Assembly (NCBI GenBank): GCA_002010215.1
Contig: MTMY01000032.1
Location: forward strand, 62,001 to 118,138
Direction: 5' to 3'
From: Archaeoglobus sp. JdFR-37
GTDB taxonomy: Archaea; Halobacteriota; Archaeoglobi; Archaeoglobales; Archaeoglobaceae
DNA length: 56,138 nucleotides
Positions 19,932 to 30,533 of this stretch are shown one piece after another; position 1 is the first letter of the stretch; each line of letters starts with the position of its first letter. The translations under genes were made by a program, and so were the position numbers. The notes below the pieces were generated by a model. It was not told the DNA's origin and did no database searches. It was given only the letters and a program-made list of their open reading frames with translations.

Positions 19932-21023
19932 TCACCCGGTCACACCCTGCATTCTGAGATAGGCTTCGCCTCTCCTTCTGACCTTTTCCAGAACCTCATT
20001 TTTTGACCTCCCGGATGAGAGGATGGAGACTAGCGGTTCCCCCTTCTTAACCTCCTTAACGGGTGTGATGTCAGCGAAGAATGGGCTGCCTGCCGGCACA
20101 GATTTCAATCCCACATCAAGGGGTGCAAAGAGAATTGCTCTGCATGCGTATCTTTTCGGTTTCAAAAGCTTCATTTTTCCCCCTACTTCCACTTTTTTCC
20201 CCATTTTTTTCTCCTCAACAGCATCCACATGCATCTTGAAGAGGTTAACGTCGCATGCCCACTCTATACTGTCCAGTGAGCCCTGGAATCTGGGATTTAT
20301 TTCTAAGACATATGGCCTTTCTGCAAGAATAAAGTCAATACCGACACTTCCAGTCAGATCGAAGAGTGAAACTGTTTCAACAGCCGTTCTGTAGAGTTCT
20401 TCATGTCTTGGAAATGGAGTTATGTTCCCGCAGTACTGGAAAGGTTTCGCATGAAGCCATCTCTCACCGTGTAGAATGTAATTCGCAGCAATTGGGATTG
20501 GTTCCCTCCCCACCATCAGCGAAACTGAGCATGCTATACCCTCAACATATCTCTGCAGGATGTACCCATCCCTTAATTCACGTCCGAACTCTATCCCCTC
20601 TCCGCCTCCTCCCTTTACAGGTTTCAGAATGTACTTACTGTACTTGCCCACCTCATTTTCCCTCTCCAGTTTACCCCTTCTCAGAATCTCAGGAAAGGGT
20701 ATTCCAGCTTTCTCAAGCTTTCTGTAGAATTTTAGCTTGTTTACAATGTCTCTGGTCACCTTCGGCTCGCATCCTAGAATTTCAGCATTTATTTCAGCAT
20801 CCTCCATACCTGAGGACAGAACAACAGGTGCATTGTATTGCTGTGCAATCTCCTCCACCTGTTCTTTTCTTCCATCATCTCGAAGGAAGTAAATATCTCT
20901 ACAGTAGAGCCGCAAATCGGCATCAACATGCTTTGTTACTGCTATAACTTCAAATCCAGCTTTGAAGGCAGACTCGGCGATGTTTCTCACATTACCTCCG
21001 GCTACAACTACCACCCGTTTCAT
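19932..21023 (-). CDS. ATP-grasp domain protein (predicted carboxylate-amine ligase, COG2232-like)
   Basis: ILKPVKGGGGEG, QRYVEG, GIDF, LEINPRFQGS. Confidence 0.85.
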   Translation of the reverse strand: MKRVVVVAGGNVRNIAESAFKAGFEVIAVTKHVDADLRLYCRDIYFLRDDGRKEQVEEIAQQYNAPVVLSSGMEDAEINAEILGCEPKVTRDIVNKLKFYRKLEKAGIPFPEILRRGKLERENEVGKYSKYILKPVKGGGGEGIEFGRELRDGYILQRYVEGIACSVSLMVGREPIPIAANYILHGERWLHAKPFQYCGNITPFPRHEELYRTAVETVSLFDLTGSVGIDFILAERPYVLEINPRFQGSLDSIEWACDVNLFKMHVDAVEEKKMGKKVEVGGKMKLLKPKRYACRAILFAPLDVGLKSVPAGSPFFADITPVKEVKKGEPLVSILSSGRSKNEVLEKVRRRGEAYLRMQGVTG

Positions 21024-21047
21024 TCTATTATTCGCCTCATTCGCCTC

Positions 21048-21791
21048 TTATCTACCTCTTATCCGCCCTGCTATCACATCTTCCTCTTCAGACCTGTAAA
21101 CATCTGAAATCTTGCCATTTCCCAGAACCTTAAGGCCTCGAATAACAACTGCAGGTATACCTCCTCCTCCTTCCCCCATGAGCAGATTGGCGAATGCTGC
21201 AATCTCATCGGCAATGCATTCGACTGTGACTTCCAGGGCCCTGCCATAAAGGTCTTTTTCACCCCTCCAGTCCTTCAGAACCTCCACGCCTGAAGAGCCT
21301 ATGGCAAAGCCCACAACACCCTTCCTGAAAGGTCTTCCATTTGTGTCGGTGATTATGATTCCTGTTCTCTTCCCTGTTAGTTCCAAGATCCTTTTTCTTA
21401 TTTTCTCAGCGCTTTTATCTGGATTTTCGGGAAGGAGGAGAAGATAACCCTCTCTTACATTGCTGTTGTCAACGCCAGCATTAACACAGATATTCCCGCA
21501 TTTTGCTCTTGTGAGAATGAAAGGTGTAGTGAAGAAAACCTCGTCACTTTCCTCAAGAACCACCTGAACAAATTCTGGCTGTTTTCCCAGTTCTTTAGCC
21601 AGTTTTATTGCTTCTTCTGTCGGTTTAACGGCCTCAATCTTCCTCAACCTTCCTTCAGCCTTCGAAATTACTGTGGAACAAATAGCAATGATATCTCCAT
21701 CCTCAAGCTCAATAGATTCGACTATCAATCTCGCAATATCGTCTCCCTCAGCAATTTCCGGGAGCTTAAGAGGTATTGCTTCCACTTTCAA
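21048..21791 (-). CDS. cofE: Coenzyme F420-0:L-glutamate ligase
   Basis: SKAEG, NAGVDNSN, DTNGRPFR, DLYG, ADEIAAFANLLMGEG. Confidence 0.95.
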   Translation of the reverse strand: MKVEAIPLKLPEIAEGDDIARLIVESIELEDGDIIAICSTVISKAEGRLRKIEAVKPTEEAIKLAKELGKQPEFVQVVLEESDEVFFTTPFILTRAKCGNICVNAGVDNSNVREGYLLLLPENPDKSAEKIRKRILELTGKRTGIIITDTNGRPFRKGVVGFAIGSSGVEVLKDWRGEKDLYGRALEVTVECIADEIAAFANLLMGEGGGGIPAVVIRGLKVLGNGKISDVYRSEEEDVIAGRIRGR

Positions 21792-21813
21792 TGGTTCAAC
21801 TCTCCCCCTATCT

Positions 21814-24546
21814 TCAACCCCTCACCCTCAGGAAGGTGAAAAGAATATCCATGAGGTCGTCTCTGCCGGGCTCAATCTGTCCAGCTCCCTGAGCCAGATC
21901 TTTTCTACCGCCACCGCCTCCTTTTATCAGCTTTCCTACTTCTCTTATGAGGTCTCTCGCATCCACAGCATCGCTGCCGCTGAAGCACACCATCTTCACA
22001 CCATCTTTAACGGTAATCAGGCAGCCAACATAGCCCATCTCTGCCAGATAGCCTCCCATCTTAGCAAGGGTTTGCATGTCCTCGCCTTCAAAAATCTCCG
22101 CCACTACCCTATATCCTGCAAGCTCTTCAGCCTTCTCGCTCAGCATCTCAGCCTTAAGCTTGGCAATTTCATCCTTCAGCTTCTCTATCTCCTTCTTTTG
22201 GCTCTTCCATTCATCAAAGAATCTTGCAACTGTCTTTGGTAGCATGGCAGGCTCCACTCTGAGCAGATTGCTCGCCTCCTTCAGATATTCTTCTTCTTTC
22301 GCTATGTGATCTAAAGCAGCGTCCCCGGCAGCGAATTCAAATCTGATAACACCATCCTGAATAGACTCGGTTCTGAGTATCTTGATCAGCCCTATTTCTC
22401 CTGTTGAGCTCACATGGGTTCCGCCACATGCCTGCACATCTTCTCCAGCTCGAACAACCCTGATATCCTTTCCAGGCGGCACTCCACCCTGATAAAGTCT
22501 GAATCCGTATTTCTTCTCAGCCTCGATTCTGTCCTCAATCTCCCATGTAACAGGCTTGTTGGCCATAACCTCTGCATTTGCAATCTTCTCTATCTCTCTG
22601 ATTTCGTCATCGCTCAGCTTTTTGAAGTGGGTGATATCGAGCCTTGCCTTATCCCATTCTTTCTTGGCTCCAGCCTGCCAGACGTGGTTGCCCAAAACTT
22701 TCCGGAGAGCATAGAGGAGGATGTGTGTTGCAGTATGATGTCTCATGTGCCTGAACCTTCTTTCAGCATCCACAAATCCCTTTACTTTCACCCCTTTCTC
22801 AATATTCTCAACGGCACCATCCACAATATGGACCACTACACCATCTTCTTCCAGCACATCTGTAACGGCTATCTTCCTGCCATTCAGCTCCAGATAACCA
22901 GTATCGTTATCCTGTCCTCCACTTTCGGGATAGAATGCAGTTCTATTCAGAATAACCTTGCCACCAGCCTTATCACCTTCAACCCCTAGGACCTCAGCCT
23001 CAAAGCTCAGGAGCTTGGAATCATAGTAAAGCCTTTCAGTTGGAGGGTACTCAGCTTGAAGAATTTTCCTCTTTTCTTTCCTCTCAGCCTTTGTATGGCG
23101 GGACGCAAGCTCCGCATAGAAATCTTCGGGCATTTCAACTGCCACACCCTTCTTCTCGGCAATTTTTAATGCCAACTCAGCGGGGATGCCGTGGGAATCG
23201 TAAAACTCGATCAGATCAGACTTCTCAATCTTCCCCTTCCGCTCAATTGTTCTCTCAACCAGTCCAACTCCCCTCTCCAGTGTGACGCGATATCGGCGCT
23301 CTTCAAGCTCCAGAATCTCCTGAATTGTTTCCATGGGCACATCAAAGCTGAAGTCCTTCAATATGTTCCTGTGGATGCTGATGATGTCGTAGAGGCCAAG
23401 AGAGAGCTCAAGCTCTTCAGTAAGCCTGAAACTACGCCTTATCATCAATCTGGCCAGATAGCCAGCTCCTGCGTTGCTTGGGACAAGTCCATCTCCGAGC
23501 ATGAAAAGTATGGCTCTCGTGTGATCTGCAAGGGCATAAACCAGCTCCATTGGCTTTACAATCTTCTCCAGCTCTTCAACCCCTATCCCCAGCTTGCTGG
23601 CAACTCCTTTCCTGAGCTCCAGCAGTGCCTCGCCTCTGAGGGAGCCCATCACCCCTGCAAGCTTGGAACTTTCAGCAATGATTCTCGCCACTTCTTCATC
23701 CTTCCTGTCAACGCCAGCGTTGCTGTGATCCAGAATTGCATCCACAACCTGCCCAAAAACAGCATCGTAAAGGGTTGCAGTCCCCTGACTGGCCCAGGTA
23801 AATCGCTCAAGACCATAGCCGGTGTCAACGATGTAGTTATCCATTTTCCTGTATCGTTCTCCCTTTATCTCTATATCCCCGTCTGGATGCACTTCGAGGT
23901 TCATAAAAACCAGAGTTGCTACCTCCAAGCCACCTACGATAGCCTCCAGACACGGACCCGCATTCCCACCGCCAGCCCAGGGCTCCTCCTTGTAAACGAT
24001 ATCTTCTTTCGCCACACCAAGCTCGTTCAGTAGTTCCGTGCAGTAGGCAACTGTCTCACTCTTCCAGTAAATCTCCTCTTCAGGATTGTTGAAAGCATGG
24101 TGGGCCATCATTTCGAAAAGTGTCAAATGTCTACCCGTTCTGCCCACGCTATCCAAATCATCCATTCTGATGCATGGTTGCGAAATCGTGAGCGGATTGG
24201 CAGGTGGTGGAGCAACGCCTGAGGTTACGAAGGGTTGGAAATCTGCAATGCTGGCAATTGTGAGATAAATATCGTCTCTCCATCTAGCAACCACAGGATA
24301 ACGTTCAATTCGCTCATGACCTCTTTTCTCGAAAAATGAGAGGTAGTATTCTCTCATTTCGTTAACATCCATCTTCTTCTTGAAAACAGGATCACCTATG
24401 AACGTGTAGCTGCCGCACGGAGGATCGCCGCAGACTTCCCTATCATCAGCGGTCCAGAAGTGCTTTCCGCAAGTTTTGCAGCGTTTCCTTACAAAACCGT
24501 TTTCAGGAAGATAGGTTATATCCAGATACTCCTTTTCAAGGCTCAT
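21814..24546 (-). CDS. alaS: Alanine--tRNA ligase (archaeal type)
   Basis: RYPVVARWRDD, TIASIADFQP, DTGYGLER, HHTATH, QACGGTHV, GGGGG DHHA1. Confidence 0.98.
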   Translation of the reverse strand: MSLEKEYLDITYLPENGFVRKRCKTCGKHFWTADDREVCGDPPCGSYTFIGDPVFKKKMDVNEMREYYLSFFEKRGHERIERYPVVARWRDDIYLTIASIADFQPFVTSGVAPPPANPLTISQPCIRMDDLDSVGRTGRHLTLFEMMAHHAFNNPEEEIYWKSETVAYCTELLNELGVAKEDIVYKEEPWAGGGNAGPCLEAIVGGLEVATLVFMNLEVHPDGDIEIKGERYRKMDNYIVDTGYGLERFTWASQGTATLYDAVFGQVVDAILDHSNAGVDRKDEEVARIIAESSKLAGVMGSLRGEALLELRKGVASKLGIGVEELEKIVKPMELVYALADHTRAILFMLGDGLVPSNAGAGYLARLMIRRSFRLTEELELSLGLYDIISIHRNILKDFSFDVPMETIQEILELEERRYRVTLERGVGLVERTIERKGKIEKSDLIEFYDSHGIPAELALKIAEKKGVAVEMPEDFYAELASRHTKAERKEKRKILQAEYPPTERLYYDSKLLSFEAEVLGVEGDKAGGKVILNRTAFYPESGGQDNDTGYLELNGRKIAVTDVLEEDGVVVHIVDGAVENIEKGVKVKGFVDAERRFRHMRHHTATHILLYALRKVLGNHVWQAGAKKEWDKARLDITHFKKLSDDEIREIEKIANAEVMANKPVTWEIEDRIEAEKKYGFRLYQGGVPPGKDIRVVRAGEDVQACGGTHVSSTGEIGLIKILRTESIQDGVIRFEFAAGDAALDHIAKEEEYLKEASNLLRVEPAMLPKTVARFFDEWKSQKKEIEKLKDEIAKLKAEMLSEKAEELAGYRVVAEIFEGEDMQTLAKMGGYLAEMGYVGCLITVKDGVKMVCFSGSDAVDARDLIREVGKLIKGGGGGRKDLAQGAGQIEPGRDDLMDILFTFLRVRG

Positions 24547-24585
24547 CGCTTTATCTGAATTGGGAAAAGGATATAATTTTTTTGA

Positions 24586-25254
24586 TTACACTTTGTGAAA
24601 TCTGAGACTTTCGCTAAGTTTCAGGCTGTAGCAGCGGTGCCTGAGGTTTGGATCAAGAGTTTTCAGGACCTTGGCAAAATATATCTCCTCAAAAATAGAA
24701 TATGCTTCTTCTGTATAGAGTTCTAAGACTATGTCAAACATGCTCCTTATGCTGGCAAGCTCATGAGCATCCAGCATGTCCGGATTTACAGTCCCAGAAT
24801 ACAGAATTCTTCTGTCTGTAAGCCATGCAGAAAGCTCATAGAATTTCTCCAGAAACCCTTCACCACCGAACCTTATAAGTGTTGAGAGGCTGAGTATTGA
24901 TACAAATACCCTATCATACTGGATTGAATCAAGAATCTGCTTTAGCCCCCCTACTACTGCCACATGATCGGAATACTCCGCTCTTACTTCCATCACACCA
25001 CTTTCTTCCGTTTTCCCTATCCTGACTATGTCGTAATCTGAAACCTTTATATCAGAATTGAAACTGGAGTTAACCAAATTGAACAGTTTCTGAACCTTAA
25101 AATAATCAAGATCTGTAAGAACGAAAACGTGACGGTAATCCGGTGGAGGAATGGATATGTGAAAAAGCAACGAGAATGGAAAATCAACATGAGACTCTAT
25201 TAGGATGGATTTATCTCTCAATTCATCCATAATGATTTCACACTCTGTTGACAT
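24586..25254 (-). CDS. Hypothetical protein, possibly a degenerate KaiC/RecA-fold (DUF257-like)
   Basis: 222-aa ORF with SLSTL...SIRSMFDIVLEL...VLK pattern reminiscent of KaiC-like C-terminal strands; no Walker A. Confidence 0.5.
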   Translation of the reverse strand: MSTECEIIMDELRDKSILIESHVDFPFSLLFHISIPPPDYRHVFVLTDLDYFKVQKLFNLVNSSFNSDIKVSDYDIVRIGKTEESGVMEVRAEYSDHVAVVGGLKQILDSIQYDRVFVSILSLSTLIRFGGEGFLEKFYELSAWLTDRRILYSGTVNPDMLDAHELASIRSMFDIVLELYTEEAYSIFEEIYFAKVLKTLDPNLRHRCYSLKLSESLRFHKV

Positions 25255-25350
25255 CTTGTAGCAGTGAAATAAAGAATAATTAAAATCTTTCGCTTGTTTA
25301 AATTCAGTAACTTAAATATAATCTATAAATTAGGTTTCTCTTTTTCAAAA

Positions 25351-26523
25351 TTAGACGATTCCTATCTCTTCTTTTGTAAGATAGCAACTTGGATCATCAC
25401 CCCACAGGTCACCAGCCCTCAAAGCTCTCAGTCTGAAACCTCCACAGATCTCTTTATACCTGCACCTACCACATCTCTCACCCCTTATGTACTTTGTTTT
25501 TTCCCTCAATTTTATCAGCAGTTCATCCTTCGGCTTAAGCCACATCTCACTGAATTTCTGCTCCCTGATATTCCCGACAACATAATCCCACCAGAACTGG
25601 TTGGGATGGACATTGCCAAACATATCAACATCCGCAATCCTTTTCCCGCTATTATCTCCACCTCTGAACTTCATGAATTCAAAAGCAGTTTCTGCAAGCT
25701 TCTCATCATTCTCTTTCAGCTTCAGATAAGCGTAGATACCGTCTGCTGGATTATCAACTGTCAGAATCTCCGTCCTGTACCCCTCATCATGAAGCTGGAG
25801 AGCTTTCTGAAAAAGCCAGTCTATGAGTTTACGCCTCTCCTGGACGGAAATATCGTCTTTGAAATCGGCCCTTCCTGAAGGAACGAGATGATATAGGCAG
25901 AATCTGGGGATGTCATTTTCGGCAAGAAGGTCAATTACTTCCGGCACATCCTTTAAATTATACTTTGTGACAGTAAATCTGATGCCTGTCAACAGCCCCG
26001 CTTCCTTTGCATTTATCAGGCCGTCAAGCGCCCTCTGAAAAGCCCCCTTTAGACCTCTGAATCTGTCGTTGGTTTCGGGCATGCCGTCCAAACTTACCCC
26101 AACATAGGAGAATCCTGCTTCTTTCAGCTTTTCCGCAATTTCAGGAGTTATGAGTGTGCCATTTGTTGAAAGGGAGCACCTTATCCCCTTTGAAACCGCA
26201 TATTCTGCAAGTTCAAAAATATCTTTCCGCATAAGGGGTTCTCCACCACTAAATAGCAGAACAGGAACTTTCATGGAAGCGAGGTCATCAATAAAGGCTT
26301 TTGCCTCCTCAGTTGTGAGTTCGCCCTCCTTTTTACCGCCAGCGTCAGCATAGCAATGTATGCATTTAAGATTGCATCTGGATGTGACGTTCCATACAGT
26401 TACTGGTATCGCCTTTTTACTTGCCTCCACCAGCGCCTTTGGAATTCTACTTTTATCTCCACTGTAGGTGAGAAATTCAGATACGGTAGCATCTCCTGTA
26501 ACCATCTTGGTAATTCCAATCAT
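25351..26523 (-). CDS. ahbC: Radical SAM/SPASM protein, AhbC-like (alternative heme biosynthesis)
   Basis: MIGITKM N-terminus, WNVTSRCNLKCIHCY, FSGGEP, YHLVPSGR, TVDNPADG, GDDPSCYL. Confidence 0.8.
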   Translation of the reverse strand: MIGITKMVTGDATVSEFLTYSGDKSRIPKALVEASKKAIPVTVWNVTSRCNLKCIHCYADAGGKKEGELTTEEAKAFIDDLASMKVPVLLFSGGEPLMRKDIFELAEYAVSKGIRCSLSTNGTLITPEIAEKLKEAGFSYVGVSLDGMPETNDRFRGLKGAFQRALDGLINAKEAGLLTGIRFTVTKYNLKDVPEVIDLLAENDIPRFCLYHLVPSGRADFKDDISVQERRKLIDWLFQKALQLHDEGYRTEILTVDNPADGIYAYLKLKENDEKLAETAFEFMKFRGGDNSGKRIADVDMFGNVHPNQFWWDYVVGNIREQKFSEMWLKPKDELLIKLREKTKYIRGERCGRCRYKEICGGFRLRALRAGDLWGDDPSCYLTKEEIGIV

Positions 26524-26548
26524 TGCATTAAATTGGAGTGGTGAGTAT

Positions 26549-27574
26549 TTAATTCCTATCCCCTGTTGACGGCTTCGCCATCAACACCTTTTCAATAAGC
26601 ATTGTCAGATCTAAAACTTCCACCCTTCCCGACTTTTTAAGATTCATGTAGCAAAATGGGCAGGAGGTTACAAGGATGTCTGCTCCACTCTCAACTGCTT
26701 CATCTATTCTTTTCTCTCTTACAAGCTGGTAAAGTTCTGGATATGCAGCCCTCACACCTCCTCCACCGCCACAGCACAGGCTCCTCTCGCGATTGCTCTC
26801 CATTTCTACCAAGGTTGCCATTTTGCTGAGAACTTTTCTAGGAGCATCATACACACCCATGTGCCTGCCGAGATGGCACGAATCATGATACGTCACTTTA
26901 ATATCCAGTTTGCTGTTACCAGAAAGCTTCTGATCCAAAAGCTCGACTATATGCACCACTTCAACACCAAGCCCTCCGAAGAGCCTTGCATAATCCTTTT
27001 TGATTGTTCTGTAACAGCCAGGGCAGGAGGTGATGATGTATTTTGCACCGGTTCTTTCAACAGCATCCCTCAAACTTTCAAAATTTCGCCTTGCTGCCTC
27101 GCCACTTTCACCGGTCCGCAGAAGGGTGCTGCCACAGCAGTAGTTGTATTCGACGGAGTAGTCAATCTCAACATAATCAAGAATATTCAGGACGCTTTCA
27201 AAAACCTCCCCTGCTCTATAGATGGTGCTACAACCCGGATAATATAGATACTCGCATTTTTCAGCTTCGAATCTAACAGATTCGCACCCATAAGGGTTAC
27301 CGGTTTTCAGAACCTTCTGAGTTATATCTATGAGCTTTTCTGGAAGAACCCTTTCTGTCCTAAGCCTCGTTCTCTCCTTCTCAACCTCGTCAACGATTTC
27401 AAATCCAGAGGGACAGAAGATTTCACATCTCGCGCAGGTGAGGCATGTGAAGAACACATCTTTCAGATCTTCTCCTTTCAGCAGCAATCTGCCTTTGGGG
27501 CTCATATGCTCCCATAGGGTGACTTCATAAATGGGGCAGTCCTGAACGCAAGCTGAGCAGCGAACACACCTCAT
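26549..27574 (-). CDS. Fe-S oxidoreductase with ferredoxin and CCG domains (GlcF/HdrD-like)
   Basis: CVRCSACVQDCP, CLTCARCEIFCP, YCCG, YHDSCHLGR, CCGGGGG, SCPFC. Confidence 0.9.
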   Translation of the reverse strand: MRCVRCSACVQDCPIYEVTLWEHMSPKGRLLLKGEDLKDVFFTCLTCARCEIFCPSGFEIVDEVEKERTRLRTERVLPEKLIDITQKVLKTGNPYGCESVRFEAEKCEYLYYPGCSTIYRAGEVFESVLNILDYVEIDYSVEYNYCCGSTLLRTGESGEAARRNFESLRDAVERTGAKYIITSCPGCYRTIKKDYARLFGGLGVEVVHIVELLDQKLSGNSKLDIKVTYHDSCHLGRHMGVYDAPRKVLSKMATLVEMESNRERSLCCGGGGGVRAAYPELYQLVREKRIDEAVESGADILVTSCPFCYMNLKKSGRVEVLDLTMLIEKVLMAKPSTGDRN

Positions 27575-28851
27575 AAAATCCTCCCCGGATTCATAATATT
27601 AAGGGGATCGAAAACACCTTTGATCTTCTCCATCAGACTTCTTCTGTCAGAAAGCAGCTCTTTTCTGATTTCCCCATATCCATGCTCCCCAATATCCCAG
27701 CCCCTCCTTTTGACTTCCGAGTAAAGCTCCTTCGAGAACTCTATTCCCTTTCCTTCCTCTCCAATCACGATAGGATGAATGTTGCCGGTATCAAGATGTC
27801 CAAAAAAGAAGCATTCAAAACCGTATTTTGTGGCAATGCTTTTCACTAGCTCGATAACTGATGGCAGTTCTGAGATCGGGGCGATTATATCATCGCCAGC
27901 ATATACTCTCCTTCCTTCACCAAGCTCAGCACCAAGCAGGCTGCGTTTTCTCCAGAACTCTTCCTCTTCCTCCCCTTCCAGAACATGCGTGGCTCCAAAT
28001 TTTTCCAGAATTTTTGCTGCCTCATCAAAGTCTGAAGGTAAATGCGATGCAAACTCAACTGCCAGCAGATTTGAGTTGAATCCTAGCTGAGAAGCTGAAT
28101 CGCCGTCCATAAACTCAACTGAATCTGGCATACATCTCAAAACCCTTAGAGTTGCCTTCACGCAATCTTCCAGTTTTTCCACCTCACAGACGAATGTTCG
28201 CCTGTAAGTTGGTAGCGGGAGCACCTTCAACCATATACGGGTTATTATTCCAAGAGTTCCCTCCGAACCCACAAAAAGCGAGTGGACCCCATATCCACAG
28301 TCCTTAACCTGTTTTGTCCCCACAAAATTTATGCTCCCATCAGGCAGCACCACTTCAATGCCCTGAACGTAGTCCCTGATGGTGCCGTATTTCAATCCCC
28401 TCTTACCACTTCCCGCATTGGCAACAAAGCCACCAATTGTGCATATTTCAACGCTACCAGGTTCTGGAGGTAAAAAAAGACCTTTTTGTTCAAGATATTT
28501 CTTTATTTGACCCATGATAGCCCCAGGTTCAGCTTCAAGTATGAATTCCGAGTACATGTGGAACTTATTCATCTTTTTCATGTCCACAACTATTCCTCTA
28601 CCTGCAGAATTTCCGGCAGTTGAAGTTCCTGAACCACGTGGAGTTACGGGAATCCCATATTCTGATGCGAATCTCAGGACATCCGAAACTTCTCGGGAGT
28701 TTTCGACCCTAACAACTGCCAGCGGAGAAGTAATGAGGGGAGAAGCATCATATCCATAAACCTTGATAGCGTTACCAGTCAGAACATCATCACCGCCTAC
28801 TATGGAGGAAAGTTCATTAATAATAATTTCAAATCTTTTTTCAGCTTCCAC
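27571..28851 (-). CDS. FAD-linked oxidoreductase (GlcD / D-lactate dehydrogenase-like)
   Basis: PRGSGTS, TIGG, LFVGSEGTLGIIT, GNIHP, GEHG, FDPLNIMNPG. Confidence 0.9.
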   Translation of the reverse strand: MEAEKRFEIIINELSSIVGGDDVLTGNAIKVYGYDASPLITSPLAVVRVENSREVSDVLRFASEYGIPVTPRGSGTSTAGNSAGRGIVVDMKKMNKFHMYSEFILEAEPGAIMGQIKKYLEQKGLFLPPEPGSVEICTIGGFVANAGSGKRGLKYGTIRDYVQGIEVVLPDGSINFVGTKQVKDCGYGVHSLFVGSEGTLGIITRIWLKVLPLPTYRRTFVCEVEKLEDCVKATLRVLRCMPDSVEFMDGDSASQLGFNSNLLAVEFASHLPSDFDEAAKILEKFGATHVLEGEEEEEFWRKRSLLGAELGEGRRVYAGDDIIAPISELPSVIELVKSIATKYGFECFFFGHLDTGNIHPIVIGEEGKGIEFSKELYSEVKRRGWDIGEHGYGEIRKELLSDRRSLMEKIKGVFDPLNIMNPGRIL

Positions 28852-29116
28852 AATATGCCGTATGGGTGCAAGGTAAAAAAGTTATGGTTACGGGAAACCA
28901 CGTGCCTCCCACTCCGGTCTTTTCACCTGGATAAGAAAGCCTAAGTAAAGATATCAGGGAAGCTTTTTAACATCAGCTTAAATAATAAACTATCCAAAAG
29001 ATTTCGAATATATGCGTTTTGATTAGTATCAACGAATATAACATTAAGAAGCAATTTCAGAGGGCAGATTAAAGTCTAGGCTAAAGTCTAATGGATAAAT
29101 TTCCTAAAAAAAGAAT

Positions 29117-30112
29117 TTATAAAATTATTTCTATACCTAACCTCTCCGCCAGCTCCTTGTAACGGTTCCTGATGGTAACTTCAGTAACGCCAGCAACCTC
29201 AGCAACTTCTCTCTGAGTTCTCCTTTCCCCTTCGAGAATGCTGGCTATGTAAATTGCCGCTGCAGCAACACCTGTAGGTCCTCTACCACTGGTCAGTTCT
29301 TTCTCCTCAGCTTTTTTGATGATCTCAATGGCCTTCTTCTGGACCTCTCCACTCAGGTTCAGAGCTGCGCAGAAGCGTGGGACGTAGTCGGCAGGGCTCG
29401 TAGGCATCAGTTTCAGGCCCAGTTCTCTGGCAATGAAGCGGTACGTCCTTCCAATCTCCTTCCTGTCTACTCTCGAATATGTTGCAATCTCATCGAGGGT
29501 TCTAGGAACGCCAGCTTGGCGACATGCCGCATACAAAGCAGCGGCAACAACACCTTCAATACTCCTACCCCTTATCAGGTTTTTGTCAACGGCCTTTCTG
29601 TAAACAACTGCAGCTATTTCCCTTACACTCTTGGGTAGGCCTAAAGCAGAAGCCATTCTGTCAAGTTCTGAAAGGGCGAAGGCTAGGTTTCTTTCGGTAG
29701 CGTTGCTTATCCTGATTCTCCTCTGCCATTTCCTAAGCCTGAAAAGCTGGGCTCTGTTTCTGATTGAGATTGATTTGCCATAATAGTCCTTGTTGCTCCA
29801 GTCAATTATCGTGGAAAGCCCTTTATCGTGAATTGTGTATGTTACGGGAGCGCCTACTCTGCTTCGCTTCTCCTTCTGCTCGCTATCGAAGGCCCTCCAT
29901 TCTGGGCCAGAATCAATGTAAGTTTCCTCAATTACAAGCCCGCAATCCTGACATATAAACTCCCCACGCCTGTAATCTCTGATAAGTCTTGGACTGCCGC
30001 ACTCAGGACAGGTTTCAATTACGTCTTCTCTTTCCAGCTCCTTTCTTTCTACCTCTCTCTCTACTTCCTTCCTTTCTATTTCCTTTTCCCTTACTTTTTC
30101 CTTCTCCACCAT
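29117..30112 (-). CDS. tfb: Transcription initiation factor IIB
   Basis: Zn ribbon CPECG...CQDCG, GPEWRAF, two cyclin repeats, [10 protein letters not shown]. Confidence 0.98.
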   Translation of the reverse strand: MVEKEKVREKEIERKEVEREVERKELEREDVIETCPECGSPRLIRDYRRGEFICQDCGLVIEETYIDSGPEWRAFDSEQKEKRSRVGAPVTYTIHDKGLSTIIDWSNKDYYGKSISIRNRAQLFRLRKWQRRIRISNATERNLAFALSELDRMASALGLPKSVREIAAVVYRKAVDKNLIRGRSIEGVVAAALYAACRQAGVPRTLDEIATYSRVDRKEIGRTYRFIARELGLKLMPTSPADYVPRFCAALNLSGEVQKKAIEIIKKAEEKELTSGRGPTGVAAAAIYIASILEGERRTQREVAEVAGVTEVTIRNRYKELAERLGIEIIL

Positions 30113-30344
30113 GAGAACTCACCACAAATAACTCATTAATTTCAGCAGACCTATCGTAGGGGCGGATAATGACAAATGGAGACTTTGTTGGCCCAATAAT
30201 GTCATAAACAAAACCTACTTTCTCATTTTTTCTATTAACTACGTTACTTCCAATCTTTGGTAAATTCTTCGGATCAACTTCCACAACTATGTTGCCAGTC
30301 TTTGTGAGATGAAGAATCCTACCTATCTTCCTCAAGCCTTTCAT
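30015..30344 (-). CDS. gar1: H/ACA RNP protein Gar1
   Basis: [28 protein letters not shown]; conserved gar1-tfb synteny. Confidence 0.88.
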   Translation of the reverse strand: MKGLRKIGRILHLTKTGNIVVEVDPKNLPKIGSNVVNRKNEKVGFVYDIIGPTKSPFVIIRPYDRSAEINELFVVSSHGGEGKSKGKGNRKEGSRERGRKKGAGKRRRN

Positions 30345-30400
30345 TCCGCCCCTACCAGAATTATAAATTTTTCGAAAGATATTTAAATAACTAATGGAGC

Positions 30401-30419
30401 GGATATATAAAGTTTTCGG
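30401..30419 (-). promoter_or_regulatory. BRE-TATA promoter of gar1-tfb
   Basis: Minus strand CCGAAAACTTTATATATCC about 57 nt upstream of the gar1 ATG. Confidence 0.6.
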
Positions 30420-30533
30420 TTGGAGCAGTACTTTGCAAAGTGATCTTGTTAAGTAAGATTAGGTGGCATGGTTATTAAAGTTATCTTGAAAGTGTAGAAC
30501 TGTCAAATACTGGATTCGTTACCTGATCTGATG

